A stretch of 62,946 bases of DNA, filler included, from Octopus bimaculoides (Eukaryota): NCBI RefSeq assembly GCF_001194135.2. It is 9 parts of 8 records of this genome, joined end to end, with 100 filler letters (N's around TTAATTAATTAA, not from the genome) between each part and the next. Parts side by side here need not be neighbours in the genome. Positions count along the whole stretch, not along the records: positions 1 to 15,979 come from NC_068993.1; positions 16,080 to 17,394 come from NW_026366807.1; positions 17,495 to 21,056 come from NC_068985.1; positions 21,157 to 23,241 come from NC_068988.1; positions 23,342 to 33,920 come from NC_068996.1; 4 more parts are not named here. One strand, 5' to 3'. Of the stretch, positions 13,750 through 27,231 are shown one piece after another (positions within the stretch are counted from its first letter, which is position 1; each line of letters opens with the position of its first letter). Made by a program: the position numbers and the translations under genes. The notes under the pieces were generated by a model that saw only the letters and a program-made list of their open reading frames with translations, was not told the origin of the DNA and ran no database searches.

Positions 13750-15110
13750 TGGTATAATGGAGAAATTACCAACTGACATTGAAAGACACTCTGGTCCAAC
13801 CCAGAAAGGACTTTATGAAAGACCTTATTACTGAGACTTTCGCATTCATACATAGAATTCGTTGGATCACTTTTCACCATGAAAGAGATATTGTTAAAGA
13901 AGGAAACCTCCTTAATGAAGTTTTTGAAATTTATAAGAACTTCAAAACCAGAAAATGTCCACCTCCTAACCGCCATTTGGAGGCTTTTGAGAAGGATATA
14001 TGGAAGATCGTCAAGAATACCAAGTTTGTCAAATATCCCTTTAGAGGGAATGAACACCTGTTGAAAATGAAGGCTTTAGTATGTGAACAAAAAAAAAAAA
14101 TAAGAGCAAAAAGGGAATTATTGTGTCTTCGGACAAAACTGGTAATTTATATCATTTGGATATTTATAGATATCATGAATTAATGGAAAATGAAATCACC
14201 AGTGGCTATAAAGTAGTAAGTAAAAATGTTTTAAGATCTATTTACTTAGAAGCTAAAAAAATTATGTGTGATTTTGAAGACAGAACTGAGCCTTTTGTGC
14301 CTAGGAGGCCCAGAATCGTTTTGAAAGATCATATATATAACTTCTTCTCCAACCCTAAAGTTAGATTAATTTACCCAGGCAGTTCTGACCTGGGTAGATT
14401 AAGTAAAATTATTCTAAACAAGTATATACCTAAACTTAAAGAAATATTAAAGCTAAATCTCTGGTCCAATAACCAGGAAGCCATTAATTGGTCTGATAAA
14501 TTAGATAATAAAAATAGAAATAAATTCATTCAGCTTGATATTAATAATTATTGCTCTTCTATTAATTCCATTGTGCTAAATAGTGAACTTATATTTGCTA
14601 GGAAAAATTCTAACCTCAGTTTAAGAGAAATTAAAGTTATTTTAGAAACCAGGAAGTCCATTATTTTATTTTATAACAAATAGTGGGCCAGAATGTTTTG
14701 ACAAAACCATGGGCTCTGCCGATTCCGCTCAGGTTACTGACTTAGTGGGTATATACACACTATATCATTTCCATAATGAATTTCTAGGCATTAAAGGTGA
14801 ACTCTATAGAGATGATGCACTATTTTTGGTTAATAGTCAATCCAATAGAAAAATAAACCTATATATGAAAAAATTCCATAATTGTTTTAAAAGATTTGGT
14901 TTATCTCAATAGAAAATAAGCATGATTCAGTTAATTACCTGGGTGTTAATCTGAACTTTGTTACTGGCCTATACAGTCCTTAACACAAACCCAGTAATAA
15001 TTTTGAATATATCAACTTTCATAGTAATCACCCTAAAGCGATCACAAGAACTTTGGTTAATAATATTTCGAGACGTGTTTCTTATTTATTCTCTAATGAG
15101 GAAATCTAAG
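13750..15110 (+). mobile_element. Decayed Penelope-like element, reverse transcriptase region
   Basis: Frameshifted ORFs 13779-14183, 14123-14683 and 14709-14912 carry SDKTGNLY, RLIYPGSSDLGRLSK, QLDINNYCSSI, MGSADSAQVTDLVG and LYRDDAL, then YLGVNL..HKPSNN..YINFHSNHPK. No GIY-YIG domain seen. Confidence 0.85.
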
Positions 15111-16023
15111 CTTTAGGGATGAAGTGATGAGGATTAATGACATGCATACCTTTCCCAACAACATTAGTACAGTAAGTGAAACAGTTTTTAACCAAGAATC
15201 GAAGCCATAACGGCGGAAGTAGCTTATTACGATCACGGAGCATTTTATGTAAAAAGAATAAGTACTTGATAATATTAAGCACCATGACCATGCTTGGAGA
15301 ATTTGATAACAACTTCATGTGATTATCCGTAATTAAAATATGTGACTTTTACTGTATCTTATTTGATTGGTCTATGTTAAAGTGACAATATAATGTAAAT
15401 TGATTTCATGCAATTTATTATAGCTTAATATTAAAGGATAGGAGAGCAGTCGGCTTGCAGAATCATTAGAGCGTCTGAGAAGAGAGCTATTTAACAACAG
15501 TTTGACATAAAACGGGTGAAGGCGTGTTTACAGCTGAATGACAAACTCGTTGCGAAACAGTTGTAAAGAAACCCAGTTTAATTTTCTGTGCCAAGAAAAT
15601 TAATGGTTTCAGTGCAAAACTTCAAAGACCGTAGATATAACTACATTATATATGTATCCACACTTCTATACATACGCTATATTCTGCATGAATATTTGAT
15701 ACTTAATAACGTAGCCGAAGAATGCACCCCTGCATATTAGATTGAGTGTTTCAACTATGTCTCGGTTTCGGAGTATTAAGAAGCTATAGTTCTCTCTGAA
15801 AGTAGAAAATGTTGAATAAGAAACTAGCGTATATGTGCCTTTATGTATGTGCGTATTTATGTGTGTATGTATGTATGTATGTATGAATGCATGTATATAT
15901 ATATATATATGCGTTTGAATGCGTGTTTATATGTGTATACGTATACGTATACATGTGCATATATATATATATATATATANNNNNNNNNNNNNNNNNNNNN
16001 NNNNNNNNNNNNNNNNNNNNNNN

Positions 16024-16035
16024 TTAATTAATTAA
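16024..16035. other. Artificial scaffold-join linker TTAATTAATTAA (also 17439, 21101, 23286, 33965, 48119, 54420, 58955)
   Basis: Identical palindromic 12-mer with stops in all six frames, centred in a 44N + 12 + 44N block eight times. Confidence 0.95.
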
Positions 16036-16079
16036 NNNNNNNNNNNNNNNNNNNNNNNNNNNNNNNNNNNNNNNNNNNN

Positions 16080-16115
<36 letters not shown>

Positions 16116-16338
16116 TTATTAACACGGGTGTTATTATATTATTTCCCCTGAATAAATTGCATATATATATATATATGTAATTGTTTGGACTAAAGGGTAT
16201 ATGTCTGTTTGTGTGCTGAGTAAAGCACGTTCACAGTCTGGGTTACCTGGTGTCATCCACTTTTGGGGCTTCCATCTTCCGTTTCATTCATCGATTATTA
16301 TTATATGTATATATGTGTGTATATGCATACATACCTAT

Positions 16339-16375
<37 letters not shown>

Positions 16376-16392
16376 CAAATATATATATAGAT

Positions 16393-16425
<33 letters not shown>

Positions 16426-16435
16426 NNNNNNNNNN

Positions 16436-16504
<69 letters not shown>

Positions 16505-17528
16505 TACATACATGCATATATATAAACATACATTCATACACACACACATATATCATTTTTACTCTTATATGTATGTATGTATCTTCTATTTTTTAATTAT
16601 TATAAATCTTACACTGAAGAGGGAGCCGGTTTCCAACAAAGATACAAGGCTCTGTCTTTGGGATGTAGTTCACACAAACAAATCTGTATGTATGTATATA
16701 TGTATGTATGTTTTATTTAAGTCATTCTTCAGAGATTTCAAGCCGGTCGCTAACGAAGCGACAAGACCTTTTGAGTTAAAAGAGTTCCCGGTGTTTGTAA
16801 ATATGAGGTTGATTTGGAGTGTTGGTTGAACTGTCAATGCACACAACCAAGTGTGTGCATATATTCATGCAAACAATCTCAGACGGAGAATCTTTGGAAA
16901 GTTTTGAAAATCTTCACTGTTCCGCGAATAGATTAGATTTGGAAAATCTGCGTCAGATTTTTTTGCCCTTGCTTCCCAAAAAACCTACTACTACCTGGTT
17001 TTTGTGTAAATGTGTAGGTACTTAGCTTAGTACACTTATGATAACAGGTATAAATGAAAGATTATAATCAGGGTACAAGAGCTGAAACTTCCGAATAAAT
17101 TCACCAGAAATGTCCTTTTTTTTCCTGGGTTTTTGATTGTACATTTACATCCACTGAGCAGCTGACCTCTGCAACAGTGTGTGACTTTTGTTCCCTGTCT
17201 CACAGAACAATACGAGGTCTGTTATGTTTGCACTGAAATGATGTTATTATTGGAGTATTCCACCAGTATTCCACGTTTTTAAAGGTGTGAATGCACTCTG
17301 TATGTACATCATACATGTATGCATATATCTAGACATATGCGTGTGTACATTTATATGTATGCATACATCTCAGTATGTACGTGCTTGTATATATNNNNNN
17401 NNNNNNNNNNNNNNNNNNNNNNNNNNNNNNNNNNNNNNTTAATTAATTAANNNNNNNNNNNNNNNNNNNNNNNNNNNNNNNNNNNNNNNNNNNNTTGAGA
17501 CAAATTGTAATAATACATTATTATTATT

Positions 17529-17614
<86 letters not shown>

Positions 17615-17616
17615 CT

Positions 17617-17790
17617 AAGGCGGTGAGCTGGTAGAATCGTTAGCGAGCTAGATGAAATGCTAAGCGGTATTTCGCGCGTCGCTACGTTGAGTTCAAATTC
17701 CGGGGTCGATAAAATAAGTACCAGTTGAACATTGGGGTCGATGTAATCGACTCACCCCCCAAAATTGCTGCCCTTGTGGTAAAACTTGAA
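17617..17790 (+). mobile_element. tRNA-derived SINE family B
   Basis: GGCGGTGAGCTGGTAGAATCGTTAG head, GAGTTCAAATTCC B-box-like motif, GGGGTCGAT..AAGTACCAG body; follows a (TAT)n tract. Confidence 0.85.
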
Positions 17791-17829
17791 ATTCTTCTTC
17801 TTACTATTATTATTATTATCGTCTTCGTT

Positions 17830-20110
17830 CAGTTTTGTTTCTATTTCTTGCCAACACCGAGGGCAAAAAAATTCACTGTATACATTGGAAGGCTATTAAA
17901 ATAAACACACCAATGTCATGTGATCGAATAAAAGGGGAAGGAAAACAGAGAGAAAAGGAAGGGACAAAAGCAAGAGAAACATGAAGAAAGAAATCAAAGG
18001 AAATAGAGGAGGAAAAGGAAAGATAATTCACAGTGACAATCCTCTTCTCAATACGCGTGGCAATATTTCTGCTTCCTGCATGAATAATAAGCTACGGATC
18101 TTCCTTAAATAATTTTCAGTTCCTTTTTTTGATGATTTCAAGTGCTCCTACATTCACTGGTATTGTAACCGTCTTGAGATACTGCATCTTTTCGATTTCA
18201 ATCCGCAATCTTTTCTGAACTTATCGAATTCTTTTGCCGATATATTATGACCGCAAGGTATACTCATGTCAATCAATAAACAGATTAATTGCTTTGGTCT
18301 TTCACAGTAATACTGGTTTAATAGCTTTGATGGTCCGGTCTGTACATACAGGAAAAGCCCAAAGAATCGCTACAGTTTCTCCTTCAGGGTGGTGCTTGTA
18401 CCACTTGTCAGCGGTTTTGATTTTATAAAGCAGACATATCATCCAGTGTAGATATTGGCCAACTCTGCCATGTCTTGATTTATACTCTATAGGTGCTAAA
18501 ACGTTACACCCAGAGATTAGGTGGTCCGCTGTTTCAATTTCGTCGTTGCAGTATCAGCACTTTGGGTCTACATCATTTCTCATCACATTGGCTTGGTAGT
18601 TCCGGGTCAATAAACTCTGATCTTGAAGATAAAGCTTTCGCTCCGTCTCTTTAGCCCTGAACTCCGAAGCCACTGATGGGTGTGCTTCTGGTCTACATCA
18701 ACTGGTTTGCTACAGGCCACATATTTGCCATATGCAGATGTTCTTGTTCCCACCTATCAACCAATTGTTCAAACACTTTTTGATTTGCTTTTGATTTCAC
18801 CTTCTTTGCAACAACAGCTGCCTCACTTCCATCATGCTGCTTAATCTGGGTATTATACATGACCTAACTAGCAAAGCTTTTGCTCTCCTTCATGACAGAT
18901 TTAAGCTTCTTACGTCTCTTGTGGTTTTAAACGTGATTTAGCCTCTAGTCATTAGATGCTTCAAGATATTTGGCCAGTCCAACAGTAATAGTTTTATACA
19001 AAATTTCAAACTGGATCAAAATTCGACCTCCTTGGTCCCTGGGAAGGTAAAGACGATCTGCCTCTGTCTTTGGGTGGTGCATCTTATTGCAAGTCAGCAG
19101 CTTACGAATTTCCCTAATCACTTTTCCTTATTTCACTGATGTTCCAGTCCAACACATTGAAACTATAAATAACAATTGCAACTTCTAAGGGATTTATAGC
19201 TAATACCTTGTTGCATGCATTTAGCTCAGATTGTAGATCTGCTTTAACTCTCCTGTGACATTCCCTTCCGATCTTCCCTTTCATGTTTGTATACTAAATG
19301 CCAGAGCCCTCGTTTATTTCGCGGTATTTGTAAGTTTGTTCCTGTTCGAATTCTTTTATAACAGTGTCAACATGTAACACCACTAAATGTGAGGTCTTCA
19401 ATTTCTCTTTCTGAAAAGTGACCGTGGCACATCTATGAAGACCAAATTCCTTCCCAGTATTATCACTGGATACTTTCACAGTACGTAATGGGTTTTCAAG
19501 CTTATTATCGTCTCTGCCATAGAGTTTTAAGTCATCCATATAAAATAGTTGGCTTATTTTCTTGTCAATTTTATGCCCATACCTTGTTCTGCTAAGTTCA
19601 CTTGTAAGAGGTATTAGAGCTATGAAAAGAATTAGAGGTGAAAGTGAGCCACCTTGGAAAATTTCACAGTTGATAATAGTATTGCTTGTAGTGAGTACTC
19701 CATTAAAGTGGTATAATTGGAGATTCGTATTCCACGCTGATATTGTGCTTCAGGAAGTTTGAAATTACAGGAGAAATTTTGAAGATATCTAGCAATTTCA
19801 AGATCCATGAATATGGGATGCCATCAAAAGCCTTATTATATTCAATCCATAAGAAACCGAGATTTCTGCATTTGTTGTGACAGATTTCAAGGATCATGCG
19901 ATTGAGTAAGAGTTGGTCTTTGCATTCATATCAGCCTCGTCGGGACCCGTTTTGTTCAGTGGTGAAAATATCTTCTGTTCTATAATGCTTATACTTTCTC
20001 TACGAGGATGGATGTTAAAATATTATACGTGGCAGATAGACAGGTTACGGGCCGATAATTTTGGGGAAATTTGGTTTCATTATTCTTTGGAAGTAGGTAA
20101 TGTCACTTGC
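17830..20110 (-). mobile_element. Decayed R4/Dong-like non-LTR retrotransposon (RT plus restriction-like endonuclease)
   Basis: WIEYNKAFDGIPYSWI, YMDDLKLY and EFGLHRCA RT motifs, then QDQSLLTRNYQA, C..C..ETADHLISGC..LAPIEYKSRH and KWYKHHP..ILW; 3' end abuts TAA repeats. Confidence 0.85.
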
Positions 20111-20134
20111 TAACCAATCAGTTTGGTTTCTTTC

Positions 20135-20818
20135 TCAATTAAGACTATGTCTGGCTTCCTATTTTCTATCTGATGGTCGCACTAAATCATAAAATCCCAT
20201 AGGATCTTTGCATTATCAGTTTCAATTATGCTTTCGGGTTTGTGGTCGTACCAATTTTTTTCTCTGTCAAGTCCATATTTGTTGCAAATTGTCCAATGGA
20301 CAAGCCTTGCCATATTGTCGTGGCGTCTCTTATATTCCTTCTGAGCTAGTGGCGTACATTGGTTGGTAATATGCCATACGGTTTCACCATTTTGTCCACA
20401 GATTCTACACTTATCACTTTCTGATGTGTTGTCTACTCTATATTTTATGTAATTTGTTCTTAGTGCTTGCTCTTAGTCAGCACAGATTAGAGCCTCCGTT
20501 TCCGGTTTTAAATCACTTTTAGTCATCCACAGCCACCTTCTTTCTCTGTCTTATCTTCAACATCCCTATGAAATTGTCCATGCATTCTTTTCTTTTGCAA
20601 TCTTTCATCCTACACAAGCCTGACCTTCTTACTTCTAATAATGGCGGTTCTGTGATATTTTTTTTACATATCATGCTATGTTATTTTCTTCTGCTCTAAT
20701 GCTGTGTTCGCATCCAATAAGTCCTCTTCCCCCTCTTTTTCTTGGTACATATAGCCTGTCTGTGTCTATTTGGGTGGAGTGTCCCATATCTTAGCAACTT
20801 CCTTGTCTTTCTGTCTAA
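20135..20818 (-). mobile_element. Second R4/Dong-like fragment (C-terminal part)
   Basis: LDRKTRKLL..DRLYVPRKRGGRGL, CRICGQNGETVWHITNQCTPLAQKEYKRRHD, ILWDF..RKPDIVLI; begins right after (TAA)n. Confidence 0.85.
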
Positions 20819-20896
<78 letters not shown>

Positions 20897-20899
20897 TTA

Positions 20900-21056
20900 T
20901 GTTTGACTTTTGTTTTGCATTTGTACAAGTTGGATCCAAGTCTCACCCAGAGACCTCAAGAGACAACAAGTTAGAAGTTCATGTAGGTGTTATGCCTAGG
21001 GTACCATATATTTGGATTTGTACAGTTTTGTTCAAGTGAATGTTTAAGAAACCATA
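20900..21056 (-). mobile_element. Probable 3'UTR of a third R4/Dong-like copy ending in (TAA)n
   Basis: Non-coding segment whose minus-strand 3' end runs into the 20818-20898 (TAA)n tract; family assignment is inferred. Confidence 0.45.
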
Positions 21057-21224
21057 NNNNNNNNNNNNNNNNNNNNNNNNNNNNNNNNNNNNNNNNNNNN
21101 TTAATTAATTAANNNNNNNNNNNNNNNNNNNNNNNNNNNNNNNNNNNNNNNNNNNNATACATATATATATATATATATATGTATGTATATATATACATAT
21201 ATATATACACATATATATATATAC

Positions 21225-21256
<32 letters not shown>

Positions 21257-21640
21257 GATTCATTTTCTGTTTTATGTATTATGGCTTTTTTAGGTTTATA
21301 TTTTGTGTCTTATTTTCTATTTTATGAGTTTTGATTCATGTGTGCCTATTCATTGTTATTTTTATATATATATATTTGGCAAGGATGCGTTCATGTATGT
21401 GATTGTGTGTGTGTGTGTGTGTGCCTATGCTCGAGTGCCTGTGTTTATATAACGTATCCATATATATTATATACACAGAGTATAAATAATGTATATATAT
21501 ATATTTATATATACACGCACATACATATTTTTTATATGTTTGGGTATATATAGTGAGCCTTCTCATGAGTTCGACTCATGAGAATCCAAATTCTTTTGAA
21601 CTACATGACGTTTCTGTCTTGAGACCAGTTTTAAACTTAC

Positions 21641-21799
21641 CAATAAATCCACGGTACGATCGAACCAAGCTTCTCACAAATTGGTTCGAATTTATCTTAT
21701 TCTCTGTTTTCATGTTTGTTTTCTTATCAGACATTGAGAATTCAAAATCTTTTGTTGCATTGACATGGTCTTCTCCATAGCTTGCGATTTTGTGCCATT
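21641..21799 (-). CDS. Candidate exon (..MSDKKTNMKTENKINSNQFVRSLVRSYRGFI, phase-1 donor)
   Basis: Minus strand: acceptor cctttcttaag, 159 nt open, donor ATTG|gtaagt. Lies on a short contig between two linker joins. Confidence 0.35.
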
Positions 21800-22779
21800 C
21801 TTAAGAAAGGATGTCATGGGTATATTCAAAATTGATTAATTGTATTTCAATTTGTCTTAGATCGTTAAGAGATCTCCCGCAACTTTTGTTTGCTCTATCA
21901 CAAAATTGGTCTTATCGACAAACTTTGACTTGATGGAACTCTTGTGACTAACCAAGCATGGAGCTCTTGCGACTAACTATGACAAAGTCATCTAAATGGA
22001 TAAGATAAGTCTACATAACTTATATACCACATTTATTAAAAACATTGACATTACGTACCCTGATGTTTCAAACATACCCGTAGATGCTACACCAGCGACG
22101 TTTGGTAAAGACGTCTAATTTTTCCTATATTGGACGAGTCCCAACTCTCACGTGACTTACCAGTATTAGACCGCAGAAGAAGAAAAAGACTGAAAAAAAT
22201 ATTAATAAACTATTCGTGAAAAACCACAGGGGGCTCAATCATGTTTTCAATTGAGTCTTGTTAAAAACAACAGTCTACAATTAATCTGGCTGGATCTCCA
22301 AGCGAGACCAACCGAGCTCTTGGATAGTGAAAAGTGTTTTTTTTTCTTATAATTGAACTAAATCTTTTTTATATCACCTATCACTTAACGCATGCGCATA
22401 AGTGCAATTCCGTGAAATATTCACGATTTACGAAGCAGATATATGCAATTTAACTAAAGGCTGTATCATATGTACGCGATATTTTTTTTTATGGAGGGAA
22501 ATGCAAAAAATAAGAGTGAATATTTGTTTTATGAGTGTTGTGTATTAAGTCTATAAAATTGTGCATAAAGTATATAAAGTGAATATATATAAAGTGCATT
22601 AAGTAATTATTATATTCCAAAATCCTCCACTTTTCAATGAGTACCAGATGAGCGACTGTCTTTCCATACAGACACAACACAGGATTACGTTTTCAGAAAT
22701 AATCCAATAGGTTTACCGTTGATTCTGTGAAATATTCACGGGTCCCGCTAGTAATATGAACAATGCATTTTATATATTG

Positions 22780-23070
22780 TTTTGTGCCTTGTATAAACCG
22801 GTCTCTGGTGTATAACAAGTTGGTGACCGCTGCCAAATGGGACACTTATAGTGAGTCATTTTTGTTCTGAAATCCTCAAATCCATTACGCAAAATAAAAT
22901 ATTGTACGTATCTTTACACATCAGATTTTTTCTTGAAAGTAAAACCTTCTTTATTCCTCAAACGATGCTGCAATTTGCTAAAAGAAGCACCTACATTGCA
23001 TAACCGACTTATAATCTTAGCATCCAGAGAAGTCCTTGTATTAGTTCTATTACCAAAATACAGCAAAGCA
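22780..23070 (-). mobile_element. Decayed RTE-like LINE fragment
   Basis: YFGNRTNTRTSLDAKIISRLCNVGASFSKLQHRL resembles the RT thumb region YLGS...D.EI..R..KA..AF..L..RLW. Confidence 0.5.
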
Positions 23071-23673
23071 AATACAGGTATTTGTTTCAACATCTGTCAG
23101 AAAAAAAAAGACATCTTCTTCTCTCCCCGTAAAAAAAAAAGAAGAGAAAAATAGGAAAATAAAAAAGTAAACGGCGTTATCATCCCGAAGAGTAGGATTT
23201 AAATTCAGACGGTAAAGAGCCGGAAGAAATGCTATAAGGCANNNNNNNNNNNNNNNNNNNNNNNNNNNNNNNNNNNNNNNNNNNNTTAATTAATTAANNN
23301 NNNNNNNNNNNNNNNNNNNNNNNNNNNNNNNNNNNNNNNNNATATATATATATATATATACGTATGTATATATGTGTGTGTGTGTAGTGAAACGTTTAAT
23401 ATTAAAAAAATTGTCCACATGGTGAATTGTACTGAAAAATGCTAAAAAAGGGAAAATGCACAGAAATTTGACATTGGATAAAATATATACATTTTTTTAT
23501 GGAATACAATATTTACATAGTCTGCTGGTTTTTGCTTCTGCTAACCACAACTAAGAAGTTAGTGATAATGTTACAATTTCATGCTATGATAAGAAGTTTT
23601 CATTCCATATTAGTAAGAGGAAGGATATTTTGTAACACACACATACACACATGCATACCTACATACATATATA

Positions 23674-23706
<33 letters not shown>

Positions 23707-24689
23707 GCATCATCATCATCATCATTGTTTAATGTCCGCTTTCCGATGATGATGATAATAATGCATATATATATATATATATATATATATGCATATGCAT
23801 ATGCATATGTATGTATGTATATTTATGTTTGTGTGTGTGTGTTACGAAATATCCTTCCTCTTACTAATATATACATATATACGCATATGAATAACAACAG
23901 ACGATGGATAATTATCAGCTCATTACAGCTGTTTCTTAGGCATGTTTTAATAGAAGAATGAGAACATTTCTTCATTACAAAAAACTGTAATCGTCAGACG
24001 AAACATAATTTTCCAAACAAAAGAATATCCCAAGAGTACAGCAGGGACATGGCTGAAGTCTGTCGAGGTTGACCATGAAATGGGGGAATGACCATTAGGG
24101 TTGGTTTTCTCTGTGTACACAGCCAAAATATCCCATTTGATATTTATCAACCATAGGCAGTGACCACAGATTTATCCAACCCTACCTGGTGCATATCTTT
24201 TCAAGTACTCGATTCTATCTAAATCCTTATTGTTATTATATATATATATATATACATCACTTGTTAGCAATTTTTCAGCCAGAATGCAAAAATATATACA
24301 TCACTAAAGTGACTGTGGGTGCAATTCAGCACCAATATTGCTAGAAATAATAGTCAAAATAACTCATAGCTATATACATTAATGCTTGTCAGTGGCTCTT
24401 ACCGGTGCCTTCGATTAAACTCCATTCGCTTTGTCAGCTTATAAGATTTCCATTGAAATCATACGTTATAAATGGTAAAAGTGAAAATTATAAATAATAA
24501 GGGTGGCTTGTTAGAAGTTTTTCAACCAGAAGGCAAAAATATATACATCACTAAAACAATTGAGAGTGCTATTCAGCATCAGCTATAAGCTGACAAGGCA
24601 AGTTAAGTTTTAACCCAAAGCAACAGAAAGAGTCATTGATGAGCATTAATGTAAATGCAAAATCACTGGTGATCTGGCGATATGCTCTG

Positions 24690-24965
24690 CTTGAGAAGAC
24701 CTATCAAGCCAAGCGAGATCATAGTTGTGGCTGATGCTGGTGTTATGTCAATGGCACCCATGCTGATGGCATGTAAAAAACGCCCACTACACTCTCAGAA
24801 TGGTTGGCATTAGGAAGAGCATCCAGCAGTAGAAATCTTGCCAAATCAGCTTGTATGTACACAATACACACGGGGTGTAGCTTCCCAGCTTACCAGTTTT
24901 CAGTCAAATCATCCAGCCCGTGCCACCATGGAAAGCAGATGTTAAATGATGATGATGATGATGAT
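24690..24965 (+). mobile_element. RTE-tail-related repeat family C ending in (GAT)n
   Basis: TGGTTGGC.TTAGGAAG.GCATCCAGC..CAACCCATG..GCATGGAAAG..GATGTTAAA motif shared with 29330, 33355 and 52015. Confidence 0.75.
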
Positions 24966-25636
24966 GATATAGATGTGTGTGTGTGTGTATAAATATATAT
25001 AAATGCATATATAGATATTTATATGTATGTATAGTTTACCCAAAATGTGAATAATTTTTTTTTATTATTTAATCAGAGTATTATTCTACATCCCATTTAA
25101 TGCATGTATAAAAATGGTATGTATGTGAGGAATTTAATATTCCATTACAGAGTATTTAATATGAATTTCAGTATAAAGCAGGATATATATTTTTACAATT
25201 GTATGTTGTTGTTGTTGCTGTTGCTGTTGTTATCAGTGACAGAACCCCCAGTGGCTATATATGATTTTTAAACAACTTTGGCCTCACTAATATTTCTGTC
25301 AGTTTAATGTGACAGAACACATTTTATTAAATGTCTTGGGAATAGTTTCTGCTTCGACATGGGTGCCAACATGATTGAGCTTTCTAGTTGTGGCACCATA
25401 ACGAAACGGTGATAATAAGAGTCTTGGACATTGAAGTATGTTTCTAAAAGTGACGAATGTCTGTATGGGTCATCTCTAAGGCACAGTGTCACCTCCTGGT
25501 TGCCTCTTCTTGCCTGTTATTTCTTATAGAATTACTGGCATCACAGAGATTCCGGCTCATTGGATTATATATCTTGCATAGAGGACATTTAGTTATTGTT
25601 TAACCCCAGGTCAATCTTGATCTTGCTCACATAAAT

Positions 25637-25694
<58 letters not shown>

Positions 25695-25893
25695 GTGTGT
25701 GTATGTATACACACATACAAAGATATACATACTCTTTCACTTTCCCTCTCTTATTCTTTTCCTCTCTCTTATTCTTACTAAATGTGTGTGTTTGTGTGTG
25801 TATGAGTGAGTATGTAAATATTGGGATAGAAATAGATAAGATCTTGTATTCACATTATCACGCACAACCACAATTGCACATGCGCACACGCAT

Positions 25894-25947
<54 letters not shown>

Positions 25948-26251
25948 GCATACACACACACAGAGGCACACAGTGCATGCATCTAGTTGATCCACTTTGA
26001 CAAAGATGATGAGAATTTTGAAGATGAGAGACAGATAGATAGATGGAAGAGAGAGAGGGGGAGGGAGGTAGAGAATGTGAGAGAGAGAGTGTGATTGAGT
26101 GAGTGAATGAATGAATGAGAGACATGGAGATGGATATGGTTGGCTGGGATGACAAATACAAACCAGCATAGGTCACCCCCAATCCACCCCAGTCCCCACC
26201 CCTCTTCTCCCACCCACCCATACTTCACCCTGACATTGATTGTTCCCTCAG

Positions 26252-26312
26252 GCAAACGGTGCAGATGCTAGCTATAGCTAGCCATTCCATAGTAACATCT
26301 GTCGATATGTGT
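26252..26312 (+). CDS. Weak candidate exon (QTVQMLAIASHSIVTSVDMC)
   Basis: Acceptor ttgttccctcag and donor gtgagt, but the donor lies in a TG-repeat context. Confidence 0.2.
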
Positions 26313-26820
26313 GTGAGTGTGTGCGTGTGTGTATATGTTGGCATGTGTGTGTGTTTTTACAAGATACTAATAAAGGCTGTATTAGTATTAGCAACCAAAC
26401 GAAAGGTCACTGATGAAAATAAAATAAAAAATTAAATAGATAAATGAAAAAAGAACAAAAATAATACAAAATTAAATAAAAATAAAGTAAAAGATCTTTA
26501 TTTTGCCATAAAAGGGAAAAGATGATAATAAAAAGAGATGTATTATGTATAGATGCAGGCTTTCAGTGGTGGAGACAAGAAGTAGATGAAGAAAATATCT
26601 AATATACTGGAACTTGGTGTCGTGTTTAACCGTAGGCAGAGATGTTTCTTCTATGTTTGACTAGCATTGCTTGCTGCAAATAGCTTTAGTAATAATATGT
26701 AACCTTCTCGTAAGAGAGAGAGATGAGGAAGGGGGCGAAATCTGATGGGTCCGTTTCTGCTTTTCCAGCAAGAACATGTGTTTGTGTGAATGTGTGCACG
26801 TGTGCGTGAGTGTATTTGTA

Positions 26821-26856
<36 letters not shown>

Positions 26857-27081
26857 CATGTGTATGTTTCTATGATTTCTGGACAGCGTGGGAACAAGGA
26901 TTAGATTGTTAGGAATACCCAACATGTGTGTGTGTGTGTGTGTGTGTGTCTAATGTAACCTGACTCACTCTAATTTCATACTTAATTCATTTTCATGTAT
27001 GTGTGCGTGTGCGTATACATTACATATATACACACATACACACATGTATATATGCATATACATACACATCTATAGTCTTCC

Positions 27082-27121
<40 letters not shown>

Positions 27122-27180
27122 GTGTGTATATACATATATATGTATATATGTATGTATATATGTATGTATATATATATATG

Positions 27181-27231
<51 letters not shown>

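Noticed and set aside
24260-24590. Imperfect direct repeat of about 75 bp, 250 bp apart
   Set aside because: Probably an old local duplication or repeat remnant; no further structure.
25304-25492. 62-aa minus-strand ORF in unique sequence
   Set aside because: Two frames are open, with no splice signals or recognisable homology.
26165-26222. C-rich tract (G-quadruplex potential on the minus strand); similar at 55-100
   Set aside because: Low-complexity sequence common in this genome, with nothing tying it to function.
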